DNA of 64,000 bases from Alphaproteobacteria bacterium (GTDB lineage: Bacteria; Pseudomonadota; Alphaproteobacteria; UBA828), in assembly GCA_965214705.1 (NCBI GenBank), contig CBDCCI010000002.1, positions 736,001-800,000 on the forward strand, given 5' to 3'. How positions within the stretch are numbered: position 1 is the stretch's first letter; every line of letters begins with the position of its first letter. Positions 51,546 through 62,712 of the stretch are shown here, in pieces. The notes under the pieces were generated by a model. The model ran no database searches, was not told where the DNA came from, and saw only the letters and a program-made list of their open reading frames with translations. The translations under genes were made by a program, and so were the position numbers.

Positions 51546-53159
51546 CCCGACTTATTCACGGAGAACCTTGCGGTTGAGGCTGGGTTGTCGGGTCGCGTCG
51601 TGGCCTGACGCGGTTTGGCGCCGGGATCTGAGGATGGGTCGCTATTGGGTTGAGGGTTGAACGAGCCTGGGTTGTCGGGGCACATCGCCCCGGCGCTCAG
51701 GGGCCTGCTGCGGCGAGGCGGCCTGCGAGCAGTCGGAAGAGAGCGGCGTCCGGGCAGGCCGAGGTGAAGTGGATGCGGACGCGGGTGGCCTTCTCGATGA
51801 CGCGGGTGCCGATCTTGAGGAGGCGCAGCCTGAGGGTTGCGAACTCTGCACGGGCGAGCGGCGCCGTGCGGGGAATGGCGTCGCGCAGCGCGAGCATCAT
51901 CCAGTAGGCTGCGGTGTGGAGCACCAGCCTGAGCTGGTTGGCGAGCGGGCTCTGGCAGGAGGTGCGGTCCGAGGCGAGCTGGCCCTTGTGCATCTTGATC
52001 AGGTTTTCGGCCTGGCCTCGGGCACAGTAGATGTCTTCGTAGAGACGGCGGGGCTCGCCCTTGAGCGAGGTGACGATATAGCGCGCGTCGAAGCCGCGCG
52101 TCGTCGCCTCGAGCCGGGCAACGACCCGGCGTTCGCGGCTCCAGGAGCGGGCGGCGTAGGCGAAGGCGGCGAAGCTGCGCATCCTGTCCGCGCCGGCCTC
52201 GGCGCGGCGGACCTTGAGGTCGTCGGCCACCTCGTAGGCCAAGGCGTTGAGCGCGCGGTTGCCCGCGAGGCCGAAGATGTAGTCGACGCCGTTCTCCTCG
52301 CACCAGGCCATGGCTTGCGGGCGGCCGTAGTGCGCATCTCCCCGGAAGACGATCCGGGTGTGCGGCCAGTGGCGGCGGATGCGGCCGACCAGATGCTTGA
52401 TGAGGGTGCGGACCTCGGGCCCCGACGGCGTCTTGCCCGGACGCAGGAGAACCGCCACCGGCTTGCCGCTCTCGACATGATAGACGTGGACGGGGAGGAA
52501 GCAGCGCGTGTCGTAATGAGCGTTGAACAGCGACAGCTGCTGGTGCCCGTGCACGGCATCGCAGGTGTCGTCGATATCCAGCGTGATGGCGGCAGGTGGG
52601 GCTGAGAAGGAGCGGCAGAAGAGATCGACCAGGGCGGCCGTCATGCGCGCCACCTCGATGCGAGACGGCGCGTTCTCCAGGCGGCTCATGGTCGGTTGAG
52701 AACACAGGTCGCGGCTGCTTTCCGGCGCCTTGCCTGAGGCCAGCTTGAACAGCGGGTCCGTGCGCAGCGCGTCGCAGTCGTCGCCATCCTCGTAACCGCA
52801 GGCGATGGCCAGCATGCGAAAGCGCAGCATGGCGGAGAGCGGGTGGACCACCTGCGCCTGATTGCGCCGGTCGCGGATGCAGCCCGCCAGGGTCTCGGCC
52901 AGACGTAAACTGCGCTCCGCCTCGCGCAACAGGACCAGGCCGCCGTCAGACGAGATCAGGCCGCCGTCGAAGGCGGCGCTCACCCTCTTGCGTTGGACGC
53001 TTGGCAGATCGAAGGGGAGAAGGCTATCGTCGGTCATGGCGGGCGTGGCTTTTTCGTTGTTCGGAGAGGAAGACGCCTCGACAACGAATTCCTACCCGAT
53101 GGCAACGGCTTACGCTACGTCCGCCACCCCAAAATCAGACCCGCCACGAATAATCCGGG
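51546..53159 (-). mobile_element. IS1380-family element, copy 2
   Basis: Same IR type; TSD CTAA. Confidence 0.9.
51697..53037 (-). CDS. IS1380 transposase
   Basis: Close paralog of 33058-34398. Confidence 0.92.
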   Translation of the reverse strand: MTDDSLLPFDLPSVQRKRVSAAFDGGLISSDGGLVLLREAERSLRLAETLAGCIRDRRNQAQVVHPLSAMLRFRMLAIACGYEDGDDCDALRTDPLFKLASGKAPESSRDLCSQPTMSRLENAPSRIEVARMTAALVDLFCRSFSAPPAAITLDIDDTCDAVHGHQQLSLFNAHYDTRCFLPVHVYHVESGKPVAVLLRPGKTPSGPEVRTLIKHLVGRIRRHWPHTRIVFRGDAHYGRPQAMAWCEENGVDYIFGLAGNRALNALAYEVADDLKVRRAEAGADRMRSFAAFAYAARSWSRERRVVARLEATTRGFDARYIVTSLKGEPRRLYEDIYCARGQAENLIKMHKGQLASDRTSCQSPLANQLRLVLHTAAYWMMLALRDAIPRTAPLARAEFATLRLRLLKIGTRVIEKATRVRIHFTSACPDAALFRLLAGRLAAAGP

Positions 53160-54071
53160 CTAAGAGTGCCGCTGTGGCGGCTCATAGGAAATTGCGATTG
53201 CAGGTATAATTATAAAGTATAGATATATCCATAAGGAATATAATAGGCTGCGAGTATGAGACGGTGCATGGCGCGAGCGGCGATGGAGACGGGTCACCCG
53301 AGGGCGCCGCGCTTCCCGGTGCGGGGTCAGCCCCACCGCTTTCGCAACGCGAATGCGACGAACGACCCGGCGGCGCAACGAGCGGGCCCGGCAGGCCTTG
53401 CCGAGTCGGCTCTTCACGCACGCCGCCACCCTGCTCCCAGCCTCCGGAAAGGAAATGTGAAATGAAGACGCGACATTCAATTATTGGCTTGTTGGCATTC
53501 GCATTCATCGCGGCCGTTGCGGGCGAAGCCTGGGCCGCGTGCACGGGCAGCAACAGGATAGATCACAGCGATGCCGAGTGTCTGCATGGCTGGTGGGACA
53601 ACAACAGTTGGCCAAGGGAGTCGACCTTTGGCGCGCAGAACCTGTGCCCGGACTGGGGCACGGTCGTCGCGAAGGTGGATATCGCAGGAACCAGCGACAG
53701 GACGTGGCATCTCGCCAACGGCGACAAGAGGCGCGGCAGAACCTCGTTCACGGTTCGGGACATGGTTAAGGGTTGGGCAGGCTCTCTCTCGAGAGCCTGC
53801 CCAACCCTTTTGAACGAAGCCGCGGGCCACGAGAGGCGAAGTTGAGCTATGTGGAAAGTGCGCTGATGTCAGCGTCAGGCGGCATCCACCGGCAGCAGAG
53901 TTGCGCATAAAATCGACGCTCGCGCCGGTCTTTCGGCAGGCATGCGGGCGCACGCTGCGAGGACTGAGCGGGGTGTGAGCCGAGGGCTGTCAGCCCGGCT
54001 CAAGCGGAGACAGGTTCGGTCGTGCGTCGGCGCTTTGGCGCCGTTGCGCGGGGCCGAAGCGAGCGGGCGTC

Positions 54072-55313
54072 TCACGGTTTCCCCCTGTGGGTCGGCGGCA
54101 GCGCCGGCGGGCCGCGCGTCGAGCGGGGCTCATGGCGGCGGCGGATTTCGCGGACGAGGCGCATGACGCCGCCGCAGTGGGGGCAGGCCACGGGCGCGGT
54201 GCCGATCTCGGGCTCTTCGTCGGGCTCGGCCTGAGCGCCGTCCACGCTTCCCTCGGGGGCGGCGCAGCCGAGGGCGCCGAGAGCCTGGCGTGCTCTCTCC
54301 AGCGTGCTGGCGCGGCAGCCGTTGGCGAGGATGCCGAAGTAGCGAATGCGGTGCATGCCGTCCGGCAGGACGTGCCTCAGGAAGCGGCGGATGAACTCGT
54401 CGGCGCTCACGGTGGCGATGCCGTAGCGCGGCTTTCTCTGCCCCGGCGCCTTGGGCTTTCGGTGGCGGAAGGAGACCGTCTCGCCGTCGAAGGAGACGAT
54501 GCGGCTGTCGGAGATGGCGATCCTGTGCGTGTAGTGCGAGAGGTACCGGAAGACCTGCTCAGGCCCGCGGAAGGGCCGCTTGGCGTAGACCACCCAGTCC
54601 CTGGCCCGGGCGGCGGCAAGCGTGGCGTGGAACTCGCCGGGATTGGCGAGGTGGGCGAGGGTGCCGTGGAACTCCAGGTCCCCCCGGCCGTGGGCGCGGG
54701 CGAGCTCCTTGAGGAAGAGGCGGCGGAACAGGCTGCCGAGGACCTTGACGGGGGCGAGGAAGGTGGTGCTCCCCGTCTTCCACTCGCCACTGTCTACGTC
54801 GAAGCCCGCGTTGGGCACGACCACGTGCAGGTGCGGGTGGAAGCGGAGCTTCTGATCCCAGGTATGGAGGACCGCGGTGCCGCCGATGCGCATGCCGCCG
54901 TGGCGGGGATCGGCGGCGATGGTGCGCAGGGTCTCGGCGACGGCCCGGAAGAGGATGTCGAACACCACCCTGCGGTTGCAGAAGGCAATGGCGGCAACCT
55001 CCTTGGGCAGGGTGAAGACCACATGGAAGTAGGGCACCGGCAGGATGTCCCCGGCGCGCTCCTCGCTCCAGAGGTTGGCGGCGAGACCCTGGCAGGTGGG
55101 GCAGTGGCGGTTGCGGCAGGAGTTGAAGAGCGGATGCTCGCGCCCGCAGCCCTCGCAGGCGTACATGTGGCCGCCGAGCACGGCGGTGCGGCACGCCTCG
55201 ATGGCGCCCATGACCTTGAGCCGGGCGGCGTCGATGCGCCCTTTGTGGCGCTCACGGAAAGCGGCGCCGGCGCGGCGGAAGATCTCCGCCACGCCCGCGC
55301 GTTCGGCCTCCAC
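54072..55313 (-). CDS. IS91-family HUH (Y2) transposase
   Basis: SCRNRHCPTC, HVVFTLP, HPHLH and YLSHY. Confidence 0.92.
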   Translation of the reverse strand: MEAERAGVAEIFRRAGAAFRERHKGRIDAARLKVMGAIEACRTAVLGGHMYACEGCGREHPLFNSCRNRHCPTCQGLAANLWSEERAGDILPVPYFHVVFTLPKEVAAIAFCNRRVVFDILFRAVAETLRTIAADPRHGGMRIGGTAVLHTWDQKLRFHPHLHVVVPNAGFDVDSGEWKTGSTTFLAPVKVLGSLFRRLFLKELARAHGRGDLEFHGTLAHLANPGEFHATLAAARARDWVVYAKRPFRGPEQVFRYLSHYTHRIAISDSRIVSFDGETVSFRHRKPKAPGQRKPRYGIATVSADEFIRRFLRHVLPDGMHRIRYFGILANGCRASTLERARQALGALGCAAPEGSVDGAQAEPDEEPEIGTAPVACPHCGGVMRLVREIRRRHEPRSTRGPPALPPTHRGKP

Positions 55314-55319
55314 GCGCCG

Positions 55320-56198
55320 TCAGTTGCGCAACGCTGCGAAGCCTGAGATCGGGTGGTCGAGGCCCTCGAACATCTTGCCGGTGACGCGGGCGTAGTGACG
55401 GGTCGTGTTCGCGCTTCGATGGCCGAGCATGTCCCGGATCACCTCGATATCGCCGCCGCGCTCGAGGAGATGGGTCGCCGCCGAATGGCGCAGGCAATGG
55501 AAGGTGTAGCTGCGGTCGAGCTCGGCAATGTCGCGCGCCCTCCTGAAGGCGGCCTGCAAGGTCTCCGTTGCGATGGGCCTGTCGAGCGAGACGCCGTAGA
55601 AGAGCCAGTTCGTCGGACGCGGCCAGATGTTCCTGTAGTAGACGCGCAAGTAGTGGATGACGATGTCCGGCAACGGTGCCATTCTCTCGGTGCCGCCTTT
55701 GCCGGAGGGGATGTGCAGCAGCTTCTTCTCCGACAGGATGTCGCCGACCTTGATGGCCAAGGTCTCGGAGATGCGGAGCCCGCCGCCATAGCCGGTGACA
55801 ATGGCAGCACGGTGGCGGAGGTCGGGTGTCGCAAGGATGAGGTGCTCGACCTCCTGCTCCGACATGTAGCGCGGCAGCTTGCCGGGCTTCTTGCGGGAGC
55901 GCAGGCCGGCGACATGGTCAGGCCAGCCGAGTGTGTCGATGTAGAGGAAGTTCAGCGCGGCGAAGGAGACGTTGGTCGTGCCCGGACTGAGCCCCTTGTC
56001 GATCCGCCCCAGGTACCACTGGCGCACCTGCTCGGCGTCGAGCTCGTCCGGCGAGGCGTCGTAGTACCTGGCCAGGTTCTTGATCTCGCAGATGTAGGCC
56101 TTGGACGTGCTCGCGGCCAGATTGGCGATGCGGAGCTGCTCCTCCATGCGCTGGCGAAGAGGGGTGACGGTGTTCGTGTCGCACGCGGTCCCGGTCAT
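55320..56198 (-). CDS. Tyrosine recombinase
   Basis: GLRISE, HCLRHS and LGH...TRHY. Confidence 0.9.
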   Translation of the reverse strand: MTGTACDTNTVTPLRQRMEEQLRIANLAASTSKAYICEIKNLARYYDASPDELDAEQVRQWYLGRIDKGLSPGTTNVSFAALNFLYIDTLGWPDHVAGLRSRKKPGKLPRYMSEQEVEHLILATPDLRHRAAIVTGYGGGLRISETLAIKVGDILSEKKLLHIPSGKGGTERMAPLPDIVIHYLRVYYRNIWPRPTNWLFYGVSLDRPIATETLQAAFRRARDIAELDRSYTFHCLRHSAATHLLERGGDIEVIRDMLGHRSANTTRHYARVTGKMFEGLDHPISGFAALRN

Positions 56199-57286
56199 TA
56201 TCGATCTCCCTGGATCGCGACGGCGCGCCGCCGGACCGATCCGGCGACGGTCCGTCGCAGGGGTCGATGCTAACCACTGGTGATCGGGAGGCTGCTGGGG
56301 ATCCGCCACCCGACGGGCGGAGCGCCACTGACGCAACCGGGAAGCGAACGCACAGAACAAACGGCACCCGCGACGCCTCGGAAATGAATGAACTCTACGC
56401 CGCTAACTCCGCGTAGCGGCTTCGTTCAAATACTGCTGCAAGGACCTCGCCGACAACTTTTGCGACAAGACTGACCTGGTTTCGGTGGCGAGTTGCACGG
56501 ATCAGTTCGAGGACAGCGAGGCCGCCGACGACTGCGTTCTAGACGGCAACCCGACGGTCAATAACACGCACTGCGTGTTCGATCTGACGTGCGAGTATAC
56601 AGCGGACGGGACAGATCACGAGCACAGCTCCACGTACACTATAATCTGGTACCGCGCAGATGATATCCAATTCTGCGTCCAACATACCGGAAATGTAGGG
56701 ATATACATCAACACCTGCTGAGTGCCTGACGATGGCCGATAGCGGCGCGGCGGCATGTTCGTGGGCCGGCGACGAGCGCCGCACGATCGGGTGCCGGCGC
56801 GATTGCAGGGGCCTTGGACAGTAGCCTTCGGAGGGCGTGGGCCGGCGCCCTCCAAGGTGCCGGTATCGGCTCCCGGTCGGCTGCCCCGGAATATCGTCGG
56901 CCGCTGTCTTGCCGCTCAAGATCACGGACTTGCGATCCGGTCGTTCGGTTGCCGCACCTCCCTCGCAGAACAATCCCTCTACTATCCTCGACGAGACAGG
57001 TCTTGGCACCGTTGGGGACTGTCCGATTCGATACTTGAATAAGCGCTCTATTCATATACTGTATTTATATAATCAATAGTTATGTCGTGCGCCGACGGGT
57101 GCCGCGGCTGGCGTGCCGACATGGGAGACACGGATTTCGGTTCATCCAGAAGACGCGGGCGACGCCCGCGCGGCGCTTGCTCGGCGACGACAGGGCTGAC
57201 CGCATGGTCGTGATCGGCGCCGGTCGTCGCAGGTCGTTTCGTCCAGGCGAAATCCTGTCCGGGCCGGAGCGGCCCGGTTGCGCACG

Positions 57287-58753
57287 ATGAGCGAAGACGA
57301 ACGGCGCCGACGGTCCTGGCGGGTCGCCATCCTCCCGACGCGGCCCTGCATACCCGCGTTCGTGCTGCTGCTCATGGTGCCGCTGTTGTTTGCCTCCTGG
57401 TCGCCGGCGTCTGGCCAGGGGCAGGAGGGCGCCGACGAGGCGGCACTCGAGCTGACGCTGGACGACGCGATCCGGCTCGCGCTGCAGAACAACCGGAACC
57501 TGCTCGATGCCCGGCTCGCGCGCACTCTTCAGGAGTTCGCGCTGGACGTAGCCGAGGACCGCTACCGGCCGACGGCCGCCTTCAGCCCGGTCGTGCGGGC
57601 GGCGAGGGAGCAGGACACGACGGCGGAGCTTGCCGCCGAAACGGGGCTCCGGGTCGAGACCGGCGGGCAGTTCTCGCTGCGCTTCTCGCAGCCCGTTGCG
57701 GGCCCGGACGACGCCGACGGGAGCGTCTCGCTCAACTTCTCGCAGCCGCTGCTGCGGGGCTTCGGGATCGACATCGATACCGCCCCGCTCCGCATCGCGC
57801 GCCTCGGCGACAGGATCGGCGTTCTGGCGTTCCGCGAGACGATTGCCGGCGTCGTGGTCTCCACCATCAATGCGTGGCGGAACCTGGTGCGGGCCAGACG
57901 GCAACTGGAGATCGGCGAGGCCTCGCTGGTGCGCGCCCGCCAGCAGCTCGAGACCAACCGCACGCTGATCGAGGCGGGCCAGATGGCGGCACGCGAGATC
58001 CTGCAGAGCGAGGCGGACGTCGCCGACCGCGAGCTTGGCCTGGTGCAGACGCGGAACGTCGTGACGACGGCCAACTTCGGGCTGATCGGCATCCTCGATA
58101 TCGACAGCGCGACGGTGGTCCGACCGATGGAGGTGCCGTCCGCACCGCGGCCAACGCTCTCGCTGGCCGACGCGATCGAGACGGCGCTCCGTCATTCGCC
58201 CCGCTATACGCGCGCGCTGCTGGGCAAAGAGATCGCGGAAATCGACCTGGAGGTGGCCGAGGACGACCAGCTCTGGGATCTGTCGCTGGATGCCGACGTG
58301 TCGCGGGGCGTGGGCGGGGGTGCCGGGCAGACGGACTATTCCGCGGGCCTGCGTCTGACCATCCCGCTGTGGGACCGCGGGCCCGAGCTCGGTCTCAGAG
58401 CCGCGCAGGCCGACGTCACGCAGGCCGAACGCGGCCTGGTAGAGCTGCGCCAGTCGATGGACATCCAAGTGCGCCAGGCGGTGCACGACGTGGAGGTGGG
58501 CCTCAGGCAGATCGAGCTTGCCCGGCAAGCGCTCAGGCTTGCGGAGGAGAAGCTCGCGATCGAGCGGAGCAAGCTGCAGCAGGGGCTGTCGTCCATCTTC
58601 CAGCTCGCCCGCTTCGAGGATGACCTGGTGCGGGCGCAGAACGCCGAGGTGGACGCGCTCGTCGACTACGAGAACGCCCTGACGGCGCTGGACCAGACTC
58701 TGGGCACGACGCTCGAGACCTGGGGCATCACGGTCGAGCAGGTCGGGCGATGA
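57287..58753 (+). CDS. TolC-family outer-membrane efflux protein
   Basis: LTLDDAIRLALQNN, QPLLRG and LTIPLW; first gene of the operon. Confidence 0.88.
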   Translation: MSEDERRRRSWRVAILPTRPCIPAFVLLLMVPLLFASWSPASGQGQEGADEAALELTLDDAIRLALQNNRNLLDARLARTLQEFALDVAEDRYRPTAAFSPVVRAAREQDTTAELAAETGLRVETGGQFSLRFSQPVAGPDDADGSVSLNFSQPLLRGFGIDIDTAPLRIARLGDRIGVLAFRETIAGVVVSTINAWRNLVRARRQLEIGEASLVRARQQLETNRTLIEAGQMAAREILQSEADVADRELGLVQTRNVVTTANFGLIGILDIDSATVVRPMEVPSAPRPTLSLADAIETALRHSPRYTRALLGKEIAEIDLEVAEDDQLWDLSLDADVSRGVGGGAGQTDYSAGLRLTIPLWDRGPELGLRAAQADVTQAERGLVELRQSMDIQVRQAVHDVEVGLRQIELARQALRLAEEKLAIERSKLQQGLSSIFQLARFEDDLVRAQNAEVDALVDYENALTALDQTLGTTLETWGITVEQVGR

Positions 58754-59801
58754 TGGAGCCGCACACCGACGTCCACGGGCGTGTGCTGGAGAACCTGCTG
58801 GACGGGGTGATGGTGGTCGAGCGCGGCGGCACCATCGCGGTGTTCAATGGTGCGGCCGGCCGCATCCTGGGCATGGCGCCGGACGAGGTGCTGGGGAAGA
58901 GCTTCGCCGAGCTGTTCGTCCCGCACGACGAGCTGGAAGAGTTCAGCGAGCTCGTGCTGGGCACGGTTGCGGGCGAGAGCGAGAGCGGCCGGCAGGTGGT
59001 GACGCTCGATCCCGGCGGCCAGCCGCGCTCGCTCTCGGTATCGACGTCCTACATCAGGCAGACCGTCGGCGGCGTGTCCGAGCCGATGGCGCTGATCGCC
59101 GTCTTCAGCGACATCACTGAGATCAGGGAACTGCGCGAGACCGAGCTTCGCATGGCGAAGGAGGTGGAAGCGCAGCACGCCGAGCTGCAGTCGGCCTACC
59201 GGCAGATCGAGGAGCGCAGCGAGACCCTGGCCCGGACACTGAAGAAGGTCCAGGTGGCGCGGATCATGGCGACGGTGCTGGTGATCGGGGTGTTCCTGGG
59301 CGCCGGCGCCTACGTGTGGCGGCCGTTCGACCACGTCGATGTGCCGTTCATCGGCGGCTCGTCGGGCTCGTCGATGATCGCCGAGGCCGACGCCGATACC
59401 GCGAGCGGCCTTTACACCCTGACGGTGGAGCCCGAGCCGGTGCGCGAGACGATCTCGCTGGCGGGAACGCTCGAGCCGTGGCGCTCGGTGTCGGTCGCGA
59501 GCCCGCTTGAGAGCCACATCGCCGTCGTGCACTTCCGCCAGGGCCAGGCGGTGACGGAGGGCGACCTCCTGATCGAGCTCAACACCTCGGAGACGGTTCG
59601 CCTGCACCGCGAGGCGCAGGTGAAGCACATCGAGGCGCTGAGGGCGTTCGAGACCGTCAGGGACTGGGAGAGCGGGCCCGAGATGGCCGAGGCGCGGCGC
59701 TCGTTTGCGCGGGCGCGGATGGCGCTGGAAAGCCAGGAGAAGCAGCTGAAGCGGACTGCATTCCTGCTGGAGCAGGGGCTCGTTCCCGCATCGGATCACG
59801 A

Positions 59802-61961
59802 CCCAAGTTGGCACTTTTCCGCTGCCTGTGTTCCCTATTGGTTTGATTCAACGCGATATTTTTCTCGGTCGATTCCAACATGGCCCCACATTTTGTGAGA
59901 TTCTGTCAGCTCATCAGACGGGTCCTCGTGCGGTGGATGGCGGGGTCCACGCCCGCCGCCGAGGAGATTGCGGCAACCTCGGCGGCCGGGCGCGTGTCCT
60001 GGCGGTTGACGATCAAGGTGCCGTCGGTCTGGCGCAGGCGCGTGGTGATCCGCACCCAGGTCCGCATGCTCTCGCGGATCGACGCCCAGCACTTGTGGAT
60101 GCCGCGCGCGGCCAGCCGGGTACGGATCAGATGCACGGCGTGGTAGGCCAGCACGGCGATCAGCAGGTGGGCCGCGATGCGCCGGTCGAGCTGGTGCCAG
60201 ATCGGGCGAAGGCCGAGCTCGGATTTCAGGCTCCGGAATGTCGCCTCGATATCCGTGATCCGCCAGTACGTCCGCAGGACCGTCTCGATGTCCCAGTCGA
60301 CGTGGCTGGTGCGCAGCACATAGGCACCGGCGCCCTCATCGGCCTCGTCGTATCGCGGCCTGCGCTTGAAGCGCACGGCGGTGGCATTGGGGCCGGTTTT
60401 CGCCCTCTCGACCGTGATCTCGTAGTGCCTGGCGACGGCGGAGAAGCGCTGCTTGAGGCGGCCTATGCTCTCCAGCACCTTGTCGTAGCGCTTGAGGCGG
60501 CCCTTGACCGGGAGGCCGCCGTGGAGCCTTTCCAGCGCCGCCTCGAAGCGGTTCCGCCTCAGGCCGATGATCGCGTTCTCGGCCTTCTTCTTGCCCTCGC
60601 TGACGACGTAGAGCCGCGCCTCGCCGTCCTCGCTGGCAAGCCGCCAGGCCCGCACCTCGTGGCGCGCGCTGGTGATCAGCAGGGCCTCGGGTCCGCCCTC
60701 GGGCGGCGCAGGCCTGGCACCGCGGCTGACCGCGATCCAGTCGTAGCCCTGCTCGCCCAGCCACGCGATGTTTTTCTCGGTGGCGATGCCCGCGTCCATG
60801 ACCACCGTGGGCTTCGGCGCCGTGCCGCCGCACACCGCCTCGAGCCGCGCCAGCGCCTCGTGCAGCGTGCCCGGCTCGCTCACGTTGCCCGGCAGGATCT
60901 CGCAACTGCGCGGGAAGCCCGCGCCGTCGAGCGCCAGCGCCAGCGTGATGAGGGGACAGTCGTCGCGCTTCTGCTTGGAGCGCCCGAACCTGGGAAGCTC
61001 GCCGCCCGTGTGGCCGTGGTAGTGGACGTTGGTGAGATCGTAGAAGGCGATCGTCTCGGGCAGGTCGAGCAGTGCGCGCTCACGGTTGAACAGCTCCCGC
61101 TGGATGGCGGCGCGGTGGCGCCAGAGCAGGTCGCCGATGCGGTAGAGCGTCTTGCGCCGCAGCGCCTTGCGGTCGCCCTCCAGGCCCAGGAGCTCGGCGG
61201 CCGCGCTGTCGTGGCGGAGCCAGCGGCTGGTATCACGCTCGCTGGCGGGATGGACCATCCTGGCGACGATCAGCGCGCTGGCGATGCGCCCGTCGCGGCC
61301 CTTGATGTCGAGGCCGTGGAGGATTTCGGCGAAGCCGAGGGCGTCGAGGGCCTTGAGGCACAGGCGCTCGCAGCCGACCGTGCGCGGGTTCTCGTGCTCC
61401 AGGGTATCGAGGTCGACGGTGGCGATGTCGGGCTTGCGCGCCTCTTCCTGCATCGCCTCGACGCGGAACCCCCTGGCCCTGAGCTTGGCGACGATGTCCT
61501 CGGCTGCGGCCCGCACATCCGCCTCGCCCTCGAACAGCGGCGGCTTGCCGTGAAGCAGCGCCTCGGCGAGTTCGGTGACGGCCTTCCACTTCTCGCGCGG
61601 CACCGGATAGTCGGTGCCGAGATTGAGCAGCGTCCTGTGGCGCACCTTGTCGCCGACGCGCTGGGCGAGCACGAGGCGATGGCTTCGGACCGGCTGGCCG
61701 GCCTTGTCGGTGTGTGTCCTGGTTGCCTTGATGTACATGGCGGCGCCGTTTCTGCGATGCCTGTTTCGCATACACGGCGTTCGCGGCATCTGGCAAGAGG
61801 GATATCGACTCAACTCCAAAGTCCTGGCCCCACAATTGGCTTCCAGGACCACGAATGGCAAATGTGGGTCTCAGGTGTCCTCCAACCCCAACATCTAGTG
61901 GTTCAGCGCCGCAAAACTGGCTCGAACAGGCTCGGCTGGTCGGAAAAAGTGCCAACTTGGG
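59802..61961 (-). mobile_element. IS1634-like element, copy C
   Basis: Terminal IR; TSD ACGA; appears identical to copy A. Confidence 0.9.
59906..61738 (-). CDS. IS1634-family transposase
   Basis: Same translation as copy A. Confidence 0.9.
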   Translation of the reverse strand: MYIKATRTHTDKAGQPVRSHRLVLAQRVGDKVRHRTLLNLGTDYPVPREKWKAVTELAEALLHGKPPLFEGEADVRAAAEDIVAKLRARGFRVEAMQEEARKPDIATVDLDTLEHENPRTVGCERLCLKALDALGFAEILHGLDIKGRDGRIASALIVARMVHPASERDTSRWLRHDSAAAELLGLEGDRKALRRKTLYRIGDLLWRHRAAIQRELFNRERALLDLPETIAFYDLTNVHYHGHTGGELPRFGRSKQKRDDCPLITLALALDGAGFPRSCEILPGNVSEPGTLHEALARLEAVCGGTAPKPTVVMDAGIATEKNIAWLGEQGYDWIAVSRGARPAPPEGGPEALLITSARHEVRAWRLASEDGEARLYVVSEGKKKAENAIIGLRRNRFEAALERLHGGLPVKGRLKRYDKVLESIGRLKQRFSAVARHYEITVERAKTGPNATAVRFKRRPRYDEADEGAGAYVLRTSHVDWDIETVLRTYWRITDIEATFRSLKSELGLRPIWHQLDRRIAAHLLIAVLAYHAVHLIRTRLAARGIHKCWASIRESMRTWVRITTRLRQTDGTLIVNRQDTRPAAEVAAISSAAGVDPAIHRTRTRLMS

Positions 61962-62712
61962 ACGAGGATGCGGAGCGCCAGTATCGGGGCCAGCTCCTGG
62001 ATTTCGAGGCAGCCCAGGAGGACCTCGCCGCGGCGCGTGCCAGGGGCGGCCAGGAGGCACTGGACAAGGTGGCGCTGGAGCTGAGCACCGCCGAAGAGGA
62101 GTTGCAGGAGCTGGCGGAGAGCCTCGGCCAGAGCCGAATCCATGCGCCGCTCTCGGGTGTCGTGCTGGCCGGGTCCGGCCGCGCAGGCTTGTCGGAGGGC
62201 AGCAAGGTCGGCAAGGGCCAGGTGGTGGCGACTATCGGCGACTTCAGCCGCATGGCGGCTACGGCCAAGGTCGACGAGGTCGACGTGGTGCGGATCGCGG
62301 TCGGCCAGGCGGTCACCGTGACCGGCAACGCCTTCGGCGGCCTGCGCCTGCGAGGGACCGTGACTCACGTCGCCTCCCAGCCCGATCCCCGCTCGCGGGG
62401 CACGCCCCAGTTCGACGTGGCGGTGACGCTGGATCCGCTCGATGAGGAGCAGATGGAGCGGATCCGCGCCGGCATGTCGAGCCGCCTCAGGATCGTGGTT
62501 TACAGCAAGGAGGCGGCGCTGATGGTGCCGCTCGAGGCGGTGGAGGATCGGGGGCGCTCCTACTGGGTGAGCGTGGTCGACCCGTCGACCCGGGAGGTGG
62601 GCGAGCGGGAGGTGGTCATCGGACCGACCACCCAGGATTCGGTCGAGATCACGGCCGGGCTGCAGGCCGGCGACGAGATCGTGATTCGGGAACGATAGCC
62701 ATAAGCCTCGCA

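Larger units (their letters stand above)
53764..56429 (-). mobile_element. IS91-family element with accessory tyrosine recombinase
   Basis: No TSD; 19-bp hairpin at 53768-53809; 14-bp IR at 53810-53823/56416-56429; ends uncertain by a few bp. Confidence 0.85.
53462..56721 (+). pseudogene. Secreted 12-Cys protein, paralog 2, interrupted by the IS91-like element
   Basis: Removing 53764-56429 gives VRDI|YCCKD, aligning with VNGIHCCKD of paralog 1. Confidence 0.85.
58750..62698 (+). pseudogene. PAS-domain-fused MacA-like periplasmic adaptor, interrupted by IS1634 copy C (about 594 aa restored)
   Basis: DGVMVV...FNGAAGRILG...EVLGK...FSDITE PAS; one TM segment; IHAPLSG, VDEVD and GLQAGDEIV; removal restores SDH|EDAE. 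Confidence 0.88.

Noticed and set aside
57058-57078. LexA box upstream of tolC (CTGTATTTATATAATC)
   Set aside because: The right half-site ACAG is missing; probably just an AT-rich promoter region.
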